This document shows positions 37,514 to 45,262 of a stretch of 64,000 bases of DNA, one piece after another. Every line of letters begins with the position of its first letter. Position 1 is the stretch's first letter. The notes below the pieces were generated by a model that had not been told where the DNA came from, ran no database searches, and saw nothing but the letters and a program-made list of their open reading frames with translations. Origin of the DNA: a virus (Duplodnaviria; Caudoviricetes); the IMG/VR virus record IMGVR_UViG_2706796186_000001, positions 64,001-128,000 of that record. The stretch is one strand, 5' to 3'. The translations under genes were made by a program, and so were the position numbers.

Positions 37514-38098
37514 ATGTACAATTACGTTGTGTTGGGCCGCAAAGGTAGCATCGTCAGATTCGTCTTTAAATCTGACCCACCTGCCAAGCCGCGCGCGTTG
37601 GATTTAGCGGGCTTCGATTATAAAGGCATCCGCAAAGGTGTACAGCTGGACTTCAACGGTGACGTGAAGCCGGAGAACCTTTTGTATTCTGGCGATGTGA
37701 AGCCAAGAAAGCTTGTCGCCATCGGTGGAAAGAAACCCGCGAAGGCTGCAAAAGAAAGCAAAAAGGCACCGAAGGCTGAACCGACTTTCATCGTTGTTAA
37801 ACGTGTGAAGCAGGTCATCGAATATAAGATCTGCGGGGACGAGTCTGCGGAACCGTTAAACGAGACTCTGAAGATTAGTCTCGCCGGTTACGACTACAGA
37901 AAGCTGCGTAAGGACATGACCTTCCAGTTTGAAGGCGGTAAGATTGCTGCGGAGAATATTCGCTACTGGCCGTTCCGCGGTACTTCAAATAAGCTGCCGT
38001 TGCCGAAGCTTGAAGAAGTTGCACCTAAAGCGAAATCCGCAGCGGTGTCCAAGCGCGGTGCCACACCAAACGTGTCTATCCTGCGTAAGCACTTCTAA
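37514..38098 (+). CDS. Basic protein with an internally duplicated domain
   Basis: LDLAGFDYKGIRKG...ENLLY and ISLAGYDYRKLRKD...ENIRY joined by a Lys/Ala/Pro linker; TAAGGAG SD. Confidence 0.8.
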   Translation: MYNYVVLGRKGSIVRFVFKSDPPAKPRALDLAGFDYKGIRKGVQLDFNGDVKPENLLYSGDVKPRKLVAIGGKKPAKAAKESKKAPKAEPTFIVVKRVKQVIEYKICGDESAEPLNETLKISLAGYDYRKLRKDMTFQFEGGKIAAENIRYWPFRGTSNKLPLPKLEEVAPKAKSAAVSKRGATPNVSILRKHF

Positions 38099-38105
38099 TC
38101 AGTAC

Positions 38106-38142
38106 GTCCTACTCCTTCGGGAGTAGGACTGTTTTATTTTTT
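38106..38142 (+). terminator. Intrinsic terminator, repeated family
   Basis: GTCCTACTCC-TTCG-GGAGTAGGAC plus T-run. Confidence 0.9.
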
Positions 38143-38153
38143 AAGGACTGTCG

Positions 38154-38681
38154 ATGACTACTTTTATTGCGGGCAAGAACTACCTCGCCGCAGACCGTGC
38201 GGTAATGAAAAACCGAATGGTATTTGAAGATGCGAAGATTCGCACTATCAAAGGACGCATCGCGTACTTCTTTGGTTCAGAGCATCCCACACCAGACGAA
38301 CGCAAGTTGCTGGAAAAGAACATCTACGATTACATCTTCGGTAAGCAGAAAGCCCACGAGGCAGCAGAGTTGTGGTTGCTGCACTTCATGGAAAGCAATA
38401 CGCTGGTTGTGATGACCCGCAAGAAGACGCTGACCTTCAGTGCTATCTCACGGCTTGCTGCGTGGTCGCCGGAGCTGGGTGCCCCAACACGCCACACAGG
38501 ACTTACCGTAACCGAAGACCTGCTTGAAACACCCGTCGTTTATGGCTCGGGTGCAGAGTTGGCACGGGCAGGATGGGCATGCGGATTACAGCCTGAGAAC
38601 ATCATTCTCATGGTACAGAAAATAGACCCGATGTCAGGGCATGGCTGCGATGTGGTTTACAGAGAGGGCTTGCGAAAATGA
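38154..38681 (+). CDS. Proteasome-beta / HslV-like Ntn threonine protease
   Basis: (M)TT N-terminus, LAADR, KI..I, YGSGAELA and DPMSG. Confidence 0.7.
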   Translation: MTTFIAGKNYLAADRAVMKNRMVFEDAKIRTIKGRIAYFFGSEHPTPDERKLLEKNIYDYIFGKQKAHEAAELWLLHFMESNTLVVMTRKKTLTFSAISRLAAWSPELGAPTRHTGLTVTEDLLETPVVYGSGAELARAGWACGLQPENIILMVQKIDPMSGHGCDVVYREGLRK

Positions 38682-39226
38682 GTACCGTTTCTATTGCTGG
38701 TTTCGTTGTGAATGGTGTGGTCTACGTCAACACCGCTGTTCAATCCATGCACCTGATGGCACCGTACAACCCTGAGGCGGGTTTCGATAAACTCGGATGG
38801 TGGTTCCCGAACGATGGGCAGGATAAAATTAGTGACATCTTGGTTAATGGGGATGACTGCGAACGCCATGAGGACATTACCTACTCCGGTAGTGTGCTGC
38901 GTCACGATGGGCGATTCTACGACGTTAAATTAGCTGGGCCAAACTACCGATTAATTTTCCTCCATCAACCGACCCCCGTGATGGTCTTTCCAGCCGACAC
39001 GGAATCATCGTTTGTGGCGACCTTTATCGAGCACTTGTCCTTGCACCCCGACTTGGACACCGAAGGGCCTGGGTGGAGCGCAGAGCGTATCATGAAGATA
39101 CTGTCGTGCTTCGCAGGCTGTCACAACTTCAAACCTTTCATGACTCTGGATGAACTCAAAGCCAAAGTCCAAGCTATGCCGGAATGTAAATTAGCGCCAT
39201 TCCCCCGCCAAAGAAAACCGGAGTAG
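38678..39226 (+). CDS. Hypothetical protein, possible degenerate Ntn-fold partner
   Basis: ATGA overlap with the protease gene; beta-strand start STVSIAGFVVNGVVYV; late helix SAERIMKIL. Confidence 0.6.
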   Translation: MSTVSIAGFVVNGVVYVNTAVQSMHLMAPYNPEAGFDKLGWWFPNDGQDKISDILVNGDDCERHEDITYSGSVLRHDGRFYDVKLAGPNYRLIFLHQPTPVMVFPADTESSFVATFIEHLSLHPDLDTEGPGWSAERIMKILSCFAGCHNFKPFMTLDELKAKVQAMPECKLAPFPRQRKPE

Positions 39227-39287
39227 GAACGCGCGGATTTATAACAGCAGCATCCCTTTTAATGACAAACACAAGAGGATTATCAAC

Positions 39288-39899
39288 ATGCAATCTGTAG
39301 CCCATGCTTTATCTCCAGTCGCTTTTCCACAGTTCACCGGTCTTCAGGTTTACATGCTTCAGGCCACAGCGGGAACCCTCGCGGACGTAGCACCAGAAGG
39401 TTATCGCGACCTCGTTAGTGAGATGCTGAAAGATGGTAACATTCCTGCGGACACACAGGTCTGGCTGACGGTTGATGAATCGAACGTCAAAGCCGGTAAG
39501 AAGCAACGTCGTGGTGGTGCACACATCGATGGCAACTACGACCTCTTCGCAAGTGACTGGTGCACCGGTAGTTCTGGCTGGTTAAACGGGGTGCCGGGAC
39601 GTGAACTGACGCTTGAAGAACACCATCGTAGTTATCAGGAGTTCGGTGGTGGGATGCTGATTGCCTCCAACCATGCAGCCTGTCAGGTGTGGGAAGGGGA
39701 AGTGAACGGTATTCCGGGCCAAGGTGGCGACTGTGAGCATCTTCGTGACCAACTGGAAATGCTCCCGACCTATCTGATGGAAAGCAACCGAGCGTACCTG
39801 ACGAACTCGCAGTGTGTGCACGAGTCGTTACCATTAAAAGTTGACTTTCCACGTCAGCTTGTGCGCATCACTCTGTCCGAGCAGTACAAATTTAATTAA
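39288..39899 (+). CDS. Putative 2OG-Fe(II) dioxygenase
   Basis: HIDG (HxD), distal VHES and RQLVRI. Confidence 0.65.
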   Translation: MQSVAHALSPVAFPQFTGLQVYMLQATAGTLADVAPEGYRDLVSEMLKDGNIPADTQVWLTVDESNVKAGKKQRRGGAHIDGNYDLFASDWCTGSSGWLNGVPGRELTLEEHHRSYQEFGGGMLIASNHAACQVWEGEVNGIPGQGGDCEHLRDQLEMLPTYLMESNRAYLTNSQCVHESLPLKVDFPRQLVRITLSEQYKFN

Positions 39900-39925
39900 T
39901 CTAAAACCACAAAGAGAATCAGAAT

Positions 39926-40588
39926 ATGGCGAAGCAAAAGAAAACCCGTAACAAAAAATATAACCCACAGCAAGCCCATGCAGAAACAGCCCGTATGGTG
40001 GTGCAAAACTCATTAGCCCGCATTTCCTTTATCGGTGCATCTAACCGCCGCATTCAACCCTACGGTGGTCGCGGCTTCCAATTCACCGTCAATCGCCCGG
40101 TACGGGTAACGGTCAGTGCAGCATTGGCTGAAACACTGTTCGAAGACCCACGGACATGGTCGGTGTGGATGGCGCATTATGCCGTTAATGCGGAAGGTGT
40201 CGTGGATGTGGAGTCTGGCGTTCTTCGCTTAGACGAATATACGTTGACTGACTTCACGGAAAATGTGGACAAGTTAGTGGAGCACATGAAACCTGAGCGC
40301 ATGATGGATAACCCGGAATACGTGGGCTACGCATTCTTTGCTTCACCAAACGAGCGTTACGATTTCACGCATGACACCACGGACGAACGTCTGATTGAAA
40401 ACTTCATGGCGTCGGGTGTGCTGGAGAAGGAGAATCATCTTTCACAACACGTTCTGAATGTTACCAAGGAAGAACTTATCATCATGCTCATGGCGGACCA
40501 TGCCAAGTTTGATACCAACATCAGTATTCACCATCGCGGCGAGGGGGATGATTACCACGTCGCAAATAAGCAAGTTATCGGAGAGTAA
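39926..40588 (+). CDS. Hypothetical protein, 220 aa
   Basis: Basic N-terminus KKTRNKKYNP. Confidence 0.8.
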   Translation: MAKQKKTRNKKYNPQQAHAETARMVVQNSLARISFIGASNRRIQPYGGRGFQFTVNRPVRVTVSAALAETLFEDPRTWSVWMAHYAVNAEGVVDVESGVLRLDEYTLTDFTENVDKLVEHMKPERMMDNPEYVGYAFFASPNERYDFTHDTTDERLIENFMASGVLEKENHLSQHVLNVTKEELIIMLMADHAKFDTNISIHHRGEGDDYHVANKQVIGE

Positions 40589-40591
40589 GAA

Positions 40592-41158
40592 ATGAAGTTC
40601 TGGGAGCGTTTTTGTCGCTTGTTTAAAGATGTCCCTGAGGCCCAGTCTGACGGTGACCGTTATACCCAAATCGTGCGTGACTACTTCAATGCAGGTAATC
40701 ACAACGTCGTGGAACTCTGTGATGCTATTGGCATGACACCACGCTCACTGTACTTTGCGGTTAACGACGACAACGTACGGGCGAACATTCTGCCCCGCCT
40801 CCCTGAAAAGATGCGGATGGAATTGCGTGATGAACTGACCGCGCGTGCGTTCAGTCGTCAGGCCGTCTCGTTAATTCGTCCGAGCACCGCGAAGTACGAT
40901 TTCGAAAACCTCAATGAGTTAATGGCACACGTACACCAGTTGTTCGAAACCTACCGCCTCGAACGTGGCGAGAAAGTGGACACCTCTATTAAGGCGTACA
41001 TCCACTCCCTTACACCACGTACCGTGCGTATCGCCTTCGTAGGCGGCGGTCACGAATTCAATGTGGGTATCATTGAAGGTATTAACGTTGTGCAGCAAAA
41101 CCTGCTTATGGTGAATTATGGAAAACTTAACGCCCGTGGAAATCGTCAATGTTTTTAA
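40592..41158 (+). CDS. Hypothetical protein with possible HTH
   Basis: NVVELCDAIGMTPRSLY resembles an HTH; overlaps the hslU start by 41 nt. Confidence 0.7.
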   Translation: MKFWERFCRLFKDVPEAQSDGDRYTQIVRDYFNAGNHNVVELCDAIGMTPRSLYFAVNDDNVRANILPRLPEKMRMELRDELTARAFSRQAVSLIRPSTAKYDFENLNELMAHVHQLFETYRLERGEKVDTSIKAYIHSLTPRTVRIAFVGGGHEFNVGIIEGINVVQQNLLMVNYGKLNARGNRQCF

Positions 41159-42863
41159 CCGTTATGTCCACGGTCAAGAACTGGCAAAAAAGATGTTGGC
41201 GATTGCTCTGCGTAACCGCGTACGGGTAGCACTGCTACCCCTCGGTGAACGTGACAGTGTTCGCAAACAGAATCTGTTGTTACTGGGGCCAACTGGCTGC
41301 GGTAAAACTGCGTTGATGCGTGTATTGAAGACGCAGTTTGGTTTACCCGTGTTAGAGCTGGACATGACAGGCTTTTCTGAGACGGGCTACGTGGGGCGTA
41401 ATCTCAATACCGTGGGGACGGACTTACAAACCCTCACGCGTTCAATCGCTTTGCCGGACTGGTACGTAGAAATGCGCACCGGGATGCAGCTCGAAAAAGA
41501 CGAGCAGCGCTATACCCGTGAAGAACTCAAAGCGTTAGAAGAAAAAGAGTACGAAGTGGAAAGCGCTGCACGACAGGCGGAATGGGATGCAGGCCGTGAT
41601 GCTAAAAAGCAACACGAACAAACGCTGAAAGATTTAGGCGTGTTCCCGGACGACGATACCTACAATCATTATCGCATGGTCTATTACATGCGTGCGTTTT
41701 TAGTGGGGTATCATGCGTTAAAGAACCTGCCGTACGACGTCATTGATTTCGCGGACATTGAAATGATTCATGGGCAGAAGCTCATTGATGTCGCGAAGAC
41801 TGTGGTTGGTCTTGTCGAGAAGATGGCTGGCAGACCGATCAACAGTATCGATGATCTCAATGAAGATCTCAGCGAGCGCACCGATGAGATGATGGAGAAC
41901 AATCCTGCCTTGTTGGGTGAGTTCATGGGACTGATGGCCTACAACGAAGTGTTGGAAGCCATTATGGAACTTGGCACCGATCGCCTCAGCAGTAACCCGG
42001 CGGCGGCCTGTGTCTCCTCCAGCGATTGGTACGACGTCGCGCACTCTTTCGATGAAGCGGATGAACAGGATATCCCGCCAGGCATTGCTTGGCGTCCGAT
42101 GGACTTCACGGAGTTTGCGCTCTACATCTGTGTGATGTTGGTGCGTGACCCGGAAGGTCTGGAGGAAGTCTTCGAAGACTGTGATGACTTCACCCGCTTC
42201 GCCGACAAGAAACTTTGGAGCTACACCATCCCTAAACCGGAAGTGGTGCAGCCTAAAGGGAAGCGTAATGTGTTGTCGAAGAAAGACCTCGACAAGGTGG
42301 CGAACTGTAATGGTCGCGACTTCGTGGAGAACTTCGGGGTGGTGTTCTTAGATGAGATTGACAAACTCATTGAAACGGATACCACGGGAAGGACACACGT
42401 CTCCCGCAGCGGTGTACAGCGCAGTCTGCTCAAGATGGTAGAAGGCGGCTTGTACGCCGGGATTGACACCACGAACATTCTGTTTGTCGGTGCCGGTTCT
42501 TTCGCAGAAGCGCCTGTTACCAAACTGATGCCAGAACTGCAAGGGCGCTTTACCTTGCGTGCCGAGCTGGAACCGTTGGATAAAGAAGCACTGATTGCGA
42601 TTTGTCGAATGGATAGCAGTGAGTTCCATGCAATGGTTCGACTCTTGCGAATCGAGGGTGTGAAAGTCAACTACGACCTTGACACCTTTGAGTACATTGC
42701 AGAGAAGACCGTTGAAGCGAACTCGGTAGATAACCTCGGCGCACGGCGCTTAGCCGCGATTGTCGAAGCGTTGTTCCAAGACGCGTTGTACGAACCCAAC
42801 AAGTACACGGAAAAAGGTTACGACCTGACAGGTAAAACCCTGCGTGCTAAGGAGAAACCGTGA
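41118..42863 (+). CDS. hslU: HslU (ClpY)-like AAA+ unfoldase
   Basis: LTP.EIV...NRYV.GQ..AKK..AIALRNR, GPTGCGKT, ETGYVGR, VFLDEIDK, GVQRSLL..VEG, PELQGRF and NLGARRL. Confidence 0.9.
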   Translation: MENLTPVEIVNVFNRYVHGQELAKKMLAIALRNRVRVALLPLGERDSVRKQNLLLLGPTGCGKTALMRVLKTQFGLPVLELDMTGFSETGYVGRNLNTVGTDLQTLTRSIALPDWYVEMRTGMQLEKDEQRYTREELKALEEKEYEVESAARQAEWDAGRDAKKQHEQTLKDLGVFPDDDTYNHYRMVYYMRAFLVGYHALKNLPYDVIDFADIEMIHGQKLIDVAKTVVGLVEKMAGRPINSIDDLNEDLSERTDEMMENNPALLGEFMGLMAYNEVLEAIMELGTDRLSSNPAAACVSSSDWYDVAHSFDEADEQDIPPGIAWRPMDFTEFALYICVMLVRDPEGLEEVFEDCDDFTRFADKKLWSYTIPKPEVVQPKGKRNVLSKKDLDKVANCNGRDFVENFGVVFLDEIDKLIETDTTGRTHVSRSGVQRSLLKMVEGGLYAGIDTTNILFVGAGSFAEAPVTKLMPELQGRFTLRAELEPLDKEALIAICRMDSSEFHAMVRLLRIEGVKVNYDLDTFEYIAEKTVEANSVDNLGARRLAAIVEALFQDALYEPNKYTEKGYDLTGKTLRAKEKP

Positions 42864-43054
42864 CGTATTTGACGCTCGCAGTTGTTTGGTTGCTGGCTCT
42901 GGTGGGTGTAGGCCACTTAGCCAGTCAACTAACGATTAAGTTTAAGTGGGACATGGGCATCTCTGTTTTACTCGCGGCGGTAGGGGGTTGGGCTATAACC
43001 TTCCCCTATATCTACTTCGTTGTTGTACCACTTTATCAAAATATCGGAAATTGA
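42860..43054 (+). CDS. Small two-TM membrane protein, 64 aa
   Basis: AAGGAG SD, GTGA overlap, two hydrophobic helices. Confidence 0.75.
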   Translation: MTYLTLAVVWLLALVGVGHLASQLTIKFKWDMGISVLLAAVGGWAITFPYIYFVVVPLYQNIGN

Positions 43055-43058
43055 GAAC

Positions 43059-43532
43059 ATGGAAAAGAAAACTGAACGTAACTTGATTGAAATCACAGGC
43101 AAGGGCGAAGACAACAACGGCAAGTTCTATTCCGTCGTGTTGTTAGACCAGTCCAAGATGAACGCTAATGGTCGTCAGTATAACGGCGATCTTGCGCATC
43201 TGGTGCGCGGTATCAAACGCATGCCGCGACTGTTCTGTGAAGTTGACCCGTATCACGATTACCGCTTCCAGTTCCCGGTAACCGATGACCGTTCTGTTTC
43301 TGGACCATGTACGGTCGACATGAAAAACGTTTGTGCATCTATCGAGAACATCCGTCACGATAAGATGAACCAGCGTGTGTCGGCTGAGCTGCGTCCGTGG
43401 GGCCCGCAGGCTTCGATGGTGCGTGATCTGTTGGACGGGGTCAACCAGAACGTGACCTTCGGGATGCGTGCGTTGGCAACCCCTGATGGCAAGATTGATA
43501 AAGTCATCACATGGGATTTGTTACCAGAATGA
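43059..43532 (+). CDS. T4 gp21-type prohead protease-like protein, probably inactive
   Basis: NANGRQY, V...NVC..I, ELRPWGP and VITWD; the E.DHP and F/VS.R catalytic segments read EVDPY and FGMR. Confidence 0.6.
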   Translation: MEKKTERNLIEITGKGEDNNGKFYSVVLLDQSKMNANGRQYNGDLAHLVRGIKRMPRLFCEVDPYHDYRFQFPVTDDRSVSGPCTVDMKNVCASIENIRHDKMNQRVSAELRPWGPQASMVRDLLDGVNQNVTFGMRALATPDGKIDKVITWDLLPE

Positions 43533-43565
43533 ATATCGCCGAACTGTTCTAATGAAAAAAAGCTC

Positions 43566-43586
43566 AGATAGATATTATCTTGATGA
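43566..43586 (+). promoter_or_regulatory. Putative phage promoter/operator motif
   Basis: AGATAGATATTATCTTGATGA after an A-run. Confidence 0.7.
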
Positions 43587-43657
43587 GCTTTCCATTATTA
43601 GTTCCAAGGAAGGTGCGTTTTACAATTACAATAAATTAAAATAATAAGGAGTCCGTC

Positions 43658-43834
43658 ATGGATAAAATTTATATCGTTACAGCAATCCTCTTTACCATCG
43701 CCTGCTTACTCAGCTGGCGTGTATCATCTAACATGAAACGTCGTAAGTGCCCACCGGGTGCTATCGCGTTTGGTGTTCAAGCCTGTGTTTATGGTTTTGT
43801 GGCCATCTACACCGGTGTGAAGTATTTCATCTAG
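43658..43834 (+). CDS. Small two-TM membrane protein, 58 aa (absent from the ORF track)
   Basis: TAAGGAG SD; MDKIYIVTAILFTIACLLSWRVSSNMKRRKCPPGAIAFGVQACVYGFVAIYTGVKYFI*. Confidence 0.8.
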   Translation: MDKIYIVTAILFTIACLLSWRVSSNMKRRKCPPGAIAFGVQACVYGFVAIYTGVKYFI

Positions 43835-43840
43835 CAGTAA

Positions 43841-43873
43841 AAAAGGGGCACGGAAGTGTCCTTTTTCTTTTTT
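43841..43873 (+). terminator. Intrinsic terminator
   Basis: AAAAGGGGCAC-ggaa-GTGTCCTTTT plus T-run. Confidence 0.75.
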
Positions 43874-43893
43874 CGTAAAATAAGGAGTATCAA

Positions 43894-44958
43894 ATGCCAC
43901 GTCTCTTAGCGTTTACCGGTGGAATTGATTCCACATGGGTGTTGCAGAAGTTAATTCAACAACCGTCATCCGATGGCGGTGAAGTGATTCATCCGGTGTA
44001 CATGGATTTCTATCAAGGTTCTCCGGCAGCCATTGTCGAGTTCCTGCTCGGCAGCGAAATCGCCCTGCGGCTGTTAAAGCACAACAAAGACAATTATAAA
44101 GAGCCGCTGGAATGGCGCTCACCCCCGTTGCAAATTTTCACCAGCTGTATTATCGGTCGCTCAAACGGAAACGAAAGTCGCCTGATTCAACAGGGTAACA
44201 CCGTGTTGGGTTTGGCACACCTGATGAATGCGGTACAAGCTCGCCATCCGGGGTCTACCGCCTTAACCGGCTGGAACAAAGCCGATTTCATTGAAAACAG
44301 TGCGCTGCAAGGCGAGTGGTCTGAAGAGGATTACCTGCGCCTGAAAAAACTCTACAGTGAAATGATGTTCTTCCAAGACCATCACTATCGCTGTTCTCCA
44401 CTTCTCACCCCGGCGTGGGATATGGAGAAGAAAGACATGTGGGATGCACTCCCGACTGATGTGCAAGAACTGATCACTGTGTGTTCAACCTACATGTTTA
44501 AGATTTACCATGTTAAGTCCGAGAACGCGCTGTACATCTCCTGTAACCCACAACACTTCGGTAAGTCTGTGCGGTATCTGGCCCGTGGGATTAACCTCAC
44601 GGCTGCCTGGCGTATAGCGATTGACGACGAGTTCCATCGCCGTCTTAACACAGACAACGTCCCGAGTAACCACTTCGCTGGAAGCTTCCCAAGTGAGTTG
44701 CTATCGTCGACCGAAACGAAGCACCGGCCATCACTGCGCATGCGTTCCGATGACCGCAACCTGCAAATCGAAGCCTACAGTATCGATGAGTGGAAAACGA
44801 AGTTTGACCATGTAGAAGATATGCTAAAGGTGGAACGTGAACGAGAACAAGCCGAGTACCGTGCCCAGCGAGAAAAAGAGAAAGCTGAAAGTCCGGACAG
44901 TGCAAATCGCGAAGTGGCGGAAGGCGAAGTCGCTGTTTCCAGCGGTGCCGCTGATTGA
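43894..44958 (+). CDS. QueC-like PP-loop ATP pyrophosphatase
   Basis: LLAFTGGIDST (SGGxDS variant), HPVYMDFYQG and LTPAWDMEKKDMW..LP......TVC; no CxxCxxC Zn cluster. Confidence 0.7.
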   Translation: MPRLLAFTGGIDSTWVLQKLIQQPSSDGGEVIHPVYMDFYQGSPAAIVEFLLGSEIALRLLKHNKDNYKEPLEWRSPPLQIFTSCIIGRSNGNESRLIQQGNTVLGLAHLMNAVQARHPGSTALTGWNKADFIENSALQGEWSEEDYLRLKKLYSEMMFFQDHHYRCSPLLTPAWDMEKKDMWDALPTDVQELITVCSTYMFKIYHVKSENALYISCNPQHFGKSVRYLARGINLTAAWRIAIDDEFHRRLNTDNVPSNHFAGSFPSELLSSTETKHRPSLRMRSDDRNLQIEAYSIDEWKTKFDHVEDMLKVEREREQAEYRAQREKEKAESPDSANREVAEGEVAVSSGAAD

Positions 44959-45262
44959 TGTCACGGTTAAATCCGGTATCAAAGCCTTAGCCCCAACGTG
45001 GGACTTTCTGATGGTGTACAAGAACTCCGACAAAGGTCCCGAGGCTGAAGACGCCTACACGAAAAAATATAAAAGCAGAATCCAACAGCTCAAACAGGAT
45101 GACCCTGATGTGATGTTGGAACTGCTGTATCAGGATGAGATTATCCTGATGTGTTATTGCCCGTCCGGTAAGTTTTGTCACCGGCTTTTATTAGTTGATG
45201 AGTTCAAAGCCTTAGGCGATGAACACAATGTCGAAGTAACCTACGAAGGAGAAATCACATGA
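44837..45262 (+). CDS. DUF488-like Cys-motif protein
   Basis: DVTVKSG...LAPTW, Y...Y...I and LMCYCPSGKFCHRLLL; GTG start inside the upstream gene. Confidence 0.7.
   Translation: MNENKPSTVPSEKKRKLKVRTVQIAKWRKAKSLFPAVPLIDVTVKSGIKALAPTWDFLMVYKNSDKGPEAEDAYTKKYKSRIQQLKQDDPDVMLELLYQDEIILMCYCPSGKFCHRLLLVDEFKALGDEHNVEVTYEGEIT

Noticed and set aside
38154-38681. Assigning the symbol hslV
   Set aside because: Motifs support an Ntn Thr protease but not orthology to bacterial HslV; it is also not adjacent to hslU
43894-44958. Calling this gene queC with a 7-deazaguanine DNA modification pathway
   Set aside because: The Zn-binding Cys cluster is missing and no other que/dpd gene is in the window; kept as QueC-like only
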